Assembly (NCBI RefSeq): GCF_009914755.1
Contig: NC_060944.1
DNA: 64,000 nucleotides
Reading direction: 5' to 3' (one strand)
Source of the DNA: the human T2T-CHM13v2.0 reference genome, Homo sapiens
The notes beneath the pieces are model-generated. The model was given only the letters and a program-made list of their open reading frames with translations. It was not told the DNA's origin and did not search any database. This document shows, in pieces, positions 55,485 to 64,000 of the stretch (the first letter of the stretch is position 1; every line of letters starts with the position of its first letter). The position numbers and the translations under genes were made by a program.

Positions 55485-56018
55485 TGTAGTGGACACCTCT
55501 TGTGCCTAGTGTCCTAGCAATCTTCTCACTGCCACCCTATACCCCCAGTGCCTTTCACTCCATCCATTGGTATGTACCAGCTGTGTGCAGGTGTAGCATG
55601 ATAGCCCCTTGTCTCAGCTGAGCCTCTTGCTGTCTACCATGAGTCTTTCCTCCTGTCACTGCTGCATGGGAGACCTGCATGAAGCCTCTCAATAATTTGG
55701 ACGCTTGGGAATTTTTGGAAGAGCAGAAATTTAACACTCCATGAAGCACTTTTGGCCACCAGGGGACCGGGGCCCTCATTTTCATACCTTGGGTGGAAAT
55801 TTTGAAAAGCCTTCTCTATAGCTACTTAGGGCATCTCTGCAGGATTGAGTCCCAGTTGCTCATAGCTCGGTAACATATTATTGAATGGGCTTTACCCTCT
55901 TCTTGTTTCATTCTTCCCAGTACCTTCTACCACTCCTTGAGATCACCTCCCAAATAAGCTACCTGCACTCAAGCCTCTGTCTCAGGCATTGCCTTCAGGG
56001 GTAACTCAGGATATGGCA
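55485..56018 (+). mobile_element. LTR16-family LTR
   Basis: tgtagtggacacc...gatcacctcccaaataagctacctgcactcaagcctctgtctcagg. Confidence 0.7.
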
Positions 56019-56084
56019 GGAGCTCTTAGGGCACCTAACATGCCACCTGCCATGAGCCCAACGGTAGATAGAAAGGATTTTTCT

Positions 56085-57200
<1,116 letters not shown>

Positions 57201-57478
57201 CACCTAACTAAACTATTAACCAAGCTGAGAACTGAGGGCTGGCATAAAGCGGTGAATGGGACAGCGTTCTAGGTTGAGGATCCCTTGGCTCCTTCTGCAC
57301 CTGGTGATCTATTTGTTCCTTTGCGACCTAATATTATCTGTTCCTTACAGGATCCTTGGATGTAACAGACATTTGGTCTTCTATTATGACACTTTCCAAA
57401 ATATATTGCAGCAGTTCTGAAACCTTAGTGTACATAAGAACCATCTGGAGAATTAATTAAAAGGATTTTCGGCTCCTC

Positions 57479-57973
57479 TATTGGATATCTATCGCTGCTT
57501 AGCAAATTATCCCCAAATTTAGTAGCTTAAAACAACACACACGTATTATCTTACAGTTTTTGTGTAACAGGAAGCAAAGCATGACTTCACGGTCTCAGGA
57601 TCTCTCACAAGGCTTTAGTCAAGGTGTTGGCTGTGGCTGGGGTCTCATCTGAAGACTCGATTGGGGAAGGATCTGTTTCTAAGCTTATTCATGTGGTTAA
57701 TGGCAGGATTCACAGTTCTTCACCACATGGGCCTCTCTATAGGGCAATGCAACATCTTGTTTCATCAGAACAGAGATGCAAGAACAGACAGTGAGGTGGA
57801 AGAGTAAGATGAAAGTCAGTCCTTTGTAACCTAATCATAGGAGTGTCATCTCCTCACTTTTGCTGTATTCTATTTGTCAGAAGCAAGTTTCTAGGTCCTG
57901 CCCATACTTAAGAGGAGGAGATTGAATTCTAGGCCAGGATCACTGGGAGTCATTTTAGAAGGCAGCCTTCCAT
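57479..57973 (-). mobile_element. MLT1F-like LTR nested in MER5
   Basis: caaattatccccaaatttagtagcttaaaacaac...caaggtgttggctg. Confidence 0.75.
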
Positions 57974-58001
57974 AGGCCCCACTTGTAAAGCCGCAGATTC
58001 A

Positions 58002-58406
<405 letters not shown>

Positions 58407-59159
58407 TAGGGAACTTAGAAACATCCAGTGCCTCAGCTGTACCCAGACCAATTAAATCAGAGTCTCTGGTGGGGTGAGTGCGGTGTGTGGAGTCTGGATA
58501 TCCATACTTTTTAAAGGTCTCTACATGATTCTAATGTGCAGCTAAGTTTGAGAGTTCTGGTGGTCTGTTACATTGCTAGCACTCAATAAACTATGCGTCC
58601 TGGTATTCATGTCCTTTCTTTTAATCAGGGCTGGGCTGTGACTTGCTTTGGTCCATTGAGTGCAGTAGAAGTGACACTGTGCCTAAGTCTTAAGAAGTGC
58701 CTGGCACCTTCCACTTTTGGACTCTTGGGAGCTCTGAGACCCCATGTAAGAACTCCTACATCCTCTAGAGAGAGACTGGAAAAGACCATGTGGAGAGGGA
58801 GAGCCTGCAACTGTATGGTTGTTGTTCAAGCCATTACGTTTTGAGGGTGATTTTTCAGCAATTTCTGTTTCAGTTACCTATTTTACTTATTCTTCCAACT
58901 CTACCATCTGGCTGGACTTGGTGAAGCAGTTTTTGAAGGTGGTCACTTGTGTGGCTACATTCAGCAGGGGGGATGTTTGGGGCTGGCTCAGCTGGGATGC
59001 TGGGACAGCTGGGCCTGGCTTTCTCTCCATGTGGTCTCAGAGCTCTCTGAGTGCAGAAGCAGAAGCTGTTTGGTCTCATGAAGACCTGAAACCAGCACTG
59101 TATCACTTTTCATGGAAGGTGGCTTGCTGGGGGCCCCAACACACAGATACCACAAAAAT

Positions 59160-59323
59160 CAGTGCTTCTCAAACTTTCATGTGAAACAGATCCCCTGGGG
59201 ACTAGGTTAAAAAGAGGAATCTGATTAGGTAGGTCTGGGGTGGGGCCAGAGAACCTGCATTTCTAATGAGTTCCTGAGTGATGCTAATGCTGCTGGTTCA
59301 TGGGCCACATTTTGAGAATCAAG
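59160..59323 (-). mobile_element. MER5A
   Basis: cagtgcttctcaaactt...gtaggtctggggtggggcc...gatgctaatgctgctgg. Confidence 0.8.
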
Positions 59324-59784
59324 AGGCTAGAAGATTTCGTTATTGGTGCCCCTTGAGAGATACAGAGTTCTATTGTAATTATCTTTTCATACGTTTATTA
59401 TTGATCCAGGGATGCTTAAACATCTTTAGTTTATGGACCCCCTAGACACAGGGAGTATTGCAGTAAGTTTAGAGTTTACAGACTTACCCCATCACCTGCC
59501 AGGAAGCCTTCTATGAACCCCTGCAAGTAAAGAATCCCTACCCTGGACTGGGAACTCCTAGATCTGTGTTATTATTTGGCCATGACAAACAGTAGGAGCT
59601 CAATATATGTTTGCTAAAAATAAATGGATGAATGATTGGCTATAGATATGGTATATGGTGTATATGATATAATTATATATACATAATTTATCTCAATTTG
59701 ACTTAGAAGGGCCTTACTGCTAACTAACCACCGGAGCAAATTGGCCTAAACCCTCTCATGTCCCTGACAAACTGTCAGTGAAGG

Positions 59785-59893
59785 TAGGGTGATCAACTGT
59801 CCAGTTTGCCTGGGACTAAGGGCTTTTCTGGACATAGGACATTTAGTGCTAAATCTGAGACAGTCCCAGGTAAACCAGGATGAGTTCACCCTG
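59785..59893 (+). mobile_element. MER81 MITE
   Basis: tagggtga...tcaccctg. 8-bp TSD AGTGAAGG / AATGAAGG. Confidence 0.82.
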
Positions 59894-60224
59894 AATGAAG
59901 GTGAAGGTAAAGGTACTCTGAGCTCCCCTAAGAGCCAGGCATCAGAGACACTGACTCTTGCCCTCATGGCTGGCATTTTCTGCCACATCAGCACTGTTCG
60001 TACATTTCAAAAGCCCATCTGTGCCCGCAAAGGAGTGACTTCCTGTGTGCATGGGCGGCCCTGGGAGGCTGGGTCTCTGAGAGCCCGTTTTGGATTATAA
60101 GCCTTTGAAGACATCTGCAGGGAAGGGATAATTCATTCCAGAAAAACAGCTCTCTTTGCCATGCAAACCAGAGACCAGGAATGGAAATGAGGTTTTTAAT
60201 CACATGGGGCATTTTCAGAGCCAC

Positions 60225-60522
60225 CTGCTGGCTCTGGCATCTAGCTGAGTTGCTTCATGTAGAGGTGCTGGGAGCGGGTCTGGCCTCTGAGGTCGGGCTG
60301 CTGGGAGGCCTCCTGGGTCAAGGCATGAGCTGCTGCCTTCAAAGTCCTCTTGCAGCTGCATCCAGCTGGGCCTGCAGGGAACTGATGCCAGGAAAGGTCC
60401 GCTCTGAGCTTAGCAATGATGCCCTCCTGCTGCTCGGAAAGTCCTGGACGCAGGACCTGTCTTATATTTTGTCTCTCAATGTTCATGAGCTCCTGTTCTA
60501 TGCCGGTCTCCTCAGCCCTGGG
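60225..60522 (-). pseudogene. EVC-like pseudo-exon (EETGIEQELMNIERQNIRQVL...LSEQQEGIIAKLRADL...SLQAQLDAAA...ALTQEASQQ...HLYMKQLS*)
   Basis: Lies within ORF 60241-60555(-). 25 of the last 27 codons end in G/C. A codon-aligned antisense ORF (60181-60639,+) and retained CpGs are present. Acceptor tcccccag|. The middle part reads best in a shifted frame. Confidence 0.7.
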
Positions 60523-60653
60523 CTGGGGGAGCAATCGGAGGCTGAACACTGTCAATTGAGGGGCTTACCAGAAGCACCTGCTCCCACCTCCTTTCCTGGC
60601 AGACTCACTCATGCTGTACATTTGTTAGATCTAGGTTGAAATCTCAGTTCCCC

Positions 60654-61048
60654 TGTTTCTTGGGTTAGGTTCCCCAGAAGGAGATGCTTGTTCGGGATCA
60701 ACACTTGTGAAAGGCAGGAGGAATAGCAGGTTTGGGCAGAAGGAAAAGTCAAATTGTGATACAGGTCCAACAAAGCCTGGGCCAACCAGAAGAAAGCCCT
60801 GGGATGAATATCAATCATCAGAGTCATCCTGGGGTAAGCTCCTAAGGCTGGGCTTTTACAATTTTGCTTTGCTCTGTTATTGGCTTCTCTATAAAGGACA
60901 TGACTTCAGGGGAGGTGACCCTCAGAAGCTGAGACAGAGGCTGAAGGAGGTCATTGCTGAAGTCTGTTTCTTGATTGAGCCTCCTGCAGATAGGTATAAG
61001 CAATTAACTGAAAGGAGTTCTGTGCAGCACACTTTGGTATCTACTATA
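60654..61048 (-). mobile_element. LTR16-family LTR
   Basis: tcttgggttaggttccccagaagga. Confidence 0.6.
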
Positions 61049-61783
61049 CCTTGCTTATAAACTGTTTGATTTTAGGAATGTAATTTACTTTTCTGAGCCT
61101 CAGTTTTCATGTGCATAATTGGGGCTACTAGCTATAAATAACTAATAACTTTTTTTAAAGAAACTTCATTCTAATAAAATATTTCAAACATACAAAACTT
61201 ATACAAAAGAAATGAGTTTAGAATCGTGAACTTCCATGTACCAGTCACCCAGCTTCAACAATTACCAACTCATGGTCGCTTTTGTTCCAACTATACCCCA
61301 CCATAACTACTGGATTGTTAGGAAGCAAATATCAGATTCAGAAATATTGTATTTCATCCAATAGTATTTCAAATGCATCTCTAGAAGGGCTTAAAAATAA
61401 CCAAACATAACCACAATATGCCTAACTGTTTTTGGCAGATTAAATGATCTAGTTTAAATGGAGCATATATGACAGCATTTGGCACACAACAGGGATTTGG
61501 AAATGTCAGCTATGTCAAAACACATCCTCTTGGGAAATGACACATGAAAGAAGGGGGAAAGAAGCTTAATTTTATGGAGTGTAGAGTGTCAAATATGTGG
61601 CACAGACACTACCTTCTTCCACCCTTTTCCCTCAACAGACATCACTATTCAATCATGGAGCTACTCTGCTGCACAGTGTTCCAGGCAGCCACTGTCCATT
61701 CAGTGGCAGAGATTAAAAGATGAAATCAGTTTATTCACATTGTCCTAGCAGACTGATGAACAGTTCTCATCTGGAACAATGGC

Positions 61784-61941
61784 TTAACACAGAGCCAGGC
61801 TTGCTGCCCTGCAGAATATCTGACAACTACCATCCAGCTGCATGGTTCTGAGTCCGGGCTGGGTCACTGTGATGTACACCAGCTGCTCATAGACCACTTT
61901 TGCCATTTCCAGTGTAGGGAGGGAGACTATGCAGCTTTCAC
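61784..61941 (-). pseudogene. EVC-like pseudo-exon (TLEMAKVVYEQLVYITVTQPGLRTMQLD...)
   Basis: GC3-rich open frame. MAKV at 61895-61906 matches the recalled EVC motif MAKVIEFL. Confidence 0.6.
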
Positions 61942-61999
61942 CCAGGGAAAATTGGTGAGAAGAAGCAGACCTCAGACCCTTGAGAGCCGTTCAAGCCTG

Positions 62000-62172
62000 A
62001 CATTTCAACATCTGCCCCTAGAGCACTGTCTTCTCATTCTTGCTTTCTTCTGCTTCAGTGTCTGCCAGCTACTTTTTGGGGTTCCTTCCCCAGGCAGTTA
62101 TATGCTTCTTCTTCATCTCCTCCAGCCTTCCTCACTTTGTTACACCCTCTCTGAATAATGTTGTCATGTCTC
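62000..62172 (-). pseudogene. EVC-like pseudo-exon (RLEEMKKKH...KK*LADTEAEESKNEKTVL*)
   Basis: Purine-rich, coiled-coil-like codons. Two TAG stops are explicable as CAG>TAG. Polypyrimidine tract with a degenerate acceptor. LADTE at 62054-62068. Confidence 0.55.
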
Positions 62173-63135
62173 CAGTGGACAAAAGTGTTGGGGGAAAAGG
62201 AGTGTATGTGTGGGTGTGTGAAATAACCCTTAATACAAGTACATGATTCCATAGTGTACCCTGTACTCTCTGTTAGTTGTCATCATTCTTATGTAACACT
62301 GAAACCCAAAGGAACTCATCATATTTTCTTCTATGTTAAACTTCTTAGATCACCAGGTCAAAGGGACAGATTGGGTGTCCTGACTCTGACTCACATTGAT
62401 GCATCACAGTCCTGGAAAATCCTTGAGCTGTGGAACTCTTTCTTTAAATGTAACTTTATGTTATTGTCCACTGTCCAACATTGTGGGTGAATTGAGGTGG
62501 GGGAACATGGTGTACTGTCTACCATTAAAGTGTGGTAGGGAAAAAGAGAAGGTTGGTTTGTGGAATCACTAGGACTTTGGGGAGCCCAATTTAAACACCA
62601 TCACATTCTACAAGCAGACACAGGGTATAATTTTACTAGCCTGGAGTATAATTCTGCTCTTGACAGAATGTCTGGGAATCACTGGTTATGAGATTCTGTA
62701 TTCTCAAACCCGCATTTATACCCTATAAAAATGTGGGGTTTACTACGTGCTGGAAGCAGCTATTAGGATAAATTGTGCTAGCTCCTGAAACCAGGCATAA
62801 GCCATTCCTACACCTGCCAGGACTGTCCTGTCTTCATCATACCTAGCTTAAGCCAATACAAGAATGAAGGGAGGAGGAATCTGAGCCTTGGTTGGCCCTA
62901 AGCCTTCACCCAAATGATCCTGAAAATAATTGTAGTGATAGTAACAACAGCAAATCTTGAATATTTCCTCTCTCTGTGTTAAGCACAATGCTAAACACAC
63001 ATACAATTTAATGCCCAAAACTCTAGGTAAGTATTTTTATCTTGTCTTTAGAAACTCAGGGATGCTCAGGGCTAACAGGTGACAAGTGATTAAGGCAGGG
63101 GTTCAGATCGAGGTCTCCCCAATTCTAGTTCTCAC

Positions 63136-63239
63136 ATTGTCACTTGTCCATCCTGATTCCTTAGCCTGATGCTTCCATGTAATCTTATGATGGTCTTCAG
63201 GAAGGGTGTCTTTCCTTCCTTGTGCTCAAGGTCACCCAC
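63136..63239 (-). pseudogene. Putative EVC-like pseudo-exon (VGDLEHKEGKTPFLKTIIRL...)
   Basis: Acceptor gttcccttcctag| and donor |gtgaga flank a 104-bp segment that is open in frame 0. Peptide similarity is weak. Confidence 0.4.
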
Positions 63240-63464
63240 CTAGGAAGGGAACATGCATGAACACAGGTGCATCTGAGTCCAAATTATGAGCTTTGCTGCT
63301 TTTTGAGAGGCGGGTAGTACAATGGGCAGGATGTATTGCTTCTGAGAAAAATTACCTTTATGTGGGGGCTCTGGTTCATACCCCAAAGGCAGGTAAGAAC
63401 AGACTGCTTCTAGAAGCAGAAGTAACCTGTATCCTGCCATTTTTATTTATGGGAAAATAGTTTT

Positions 63465-63550
63465 ATTTATTTAGTAAAAATATGCAGGATGAACAAAATT
63501 TTGTTTCTATGTTTTTGTAGACTAACAATATGAATAGTCCTCTGACAAGA
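63465..63550 (-). pseudogene. Putative EVC-like pseudo-exon (LVRGLFILLVYKNIETKFC...)
   Basis: Strong minus-strand acceptor ttctttttcccgtgtccag|. LVYKNIETKFC weakly resembles EVC LACESVDVDLC (recalled). 3' boundary unclear. Confidence 0.35.
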
Positions 63551-63879
63551 CTGGACACGGGAAAAAGAAGGTAGAAATAAAAATTTTTTCCTACCGCTAA
63601 AGAAGAGAATCTCAATTATGAAAAAGATGGCAAAATGTGGGAATGAATGGGAGCTCATGAGGCCAGGGAGGAGACAATACAGTGGATAAGTAGGTGCATT
63701 ATCTCAGATTGCATGCCTGTTACAAAGACTTGGTTCATAAAGTGATGAACATCAGTCACCCCAGAGATTTTCAGTTTATCCCAGCCCAGCACATTCGTTA
63801 ATGTATAGTGGCTAGAATATATTAAATGCTTGTACATATCAGGCCCATGCTAGGAACTTTGTATCCATTACTTTAAAAA

Positions 63880-64000
63880 ATACCTTTTTATTTTGGAGCA
63901 ATTTTAGAGTTACAGAAAACTTGCAAAGATAGTACAGAGAGTTCTTGTATGAACTTTGTCCAGGTTCCCTTAGTGTTAACATCTTACATAACCCAGGTAT
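63880..64000 (-). mobile_element. Old L1M 3' end (runs off the window)
   Basis: ttttattttggagcaattttagagttacagaaaacttgcaaagatagtacagagag. Confidence 0.7.

Noticed and set aside
57220-57330. Minus-strand peptide KEQIDHQVQKE as an extra EVC-like exon
   Set aside because: Position is compatible, but the match is too short and the splice sites are unconvincing, so it was left out of the model.
60241-60555. Keratin (ERQN...QVL) or FHAD1 (QQEVIMKLRKDL) similarity of this ORF
   Set aside because: Single short coiled-coil coincidences with no colinear support from neighbouring segments, unlike the EVC match.
63231-63392. Plus-strand exon candidate (aag|...cag|gtaaga)
   Set aside because: Stops in all three frames and a weak acceptor. 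Indistinguishable from chance without RNA data.

Overview
This is primate (very likely human) genomic DNA, repeat-dense, with no intact protein-coding gene, no RNA gene and no CRISPR array. It contains about ten Alu/FAM SINEs (several with target-site duplications, TSDs), many MIR, L2 and old L1M fragments, hAT MITEs (MER58A, MER5A/B, MER81, MER94, MER63, MER96B-like), many MaLR/ERVL/ERV1 solo LTRs, one full-length THE1A provirus (35689-37961), a 67-bp x4 minisatellite and several microsatellite or low-complexity tracts. Nearly all listed ORFs are repeat-derived or chance ORFs. The main non-routine signal is on the minus strand from about 63550 to about 47660. There, a colinear chain of about 12 decayed exon-like segments (many with AG/GT splice boundaries, GC3-rich codons, premature stops and frameshifts) translates into peptides that match, in order, motifs of the Ellis-van Creveld ciliary protein EVC. 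I compared these against the EVC sequence from memory, not by computation. I interpret the chain as an ancient intron-containing EVC-paralog pseudogene, one exon of which is interrupted by an LTR33 element. Repeat family names are by-eye recognition and need RepeatMasker/Dfam confirmation.
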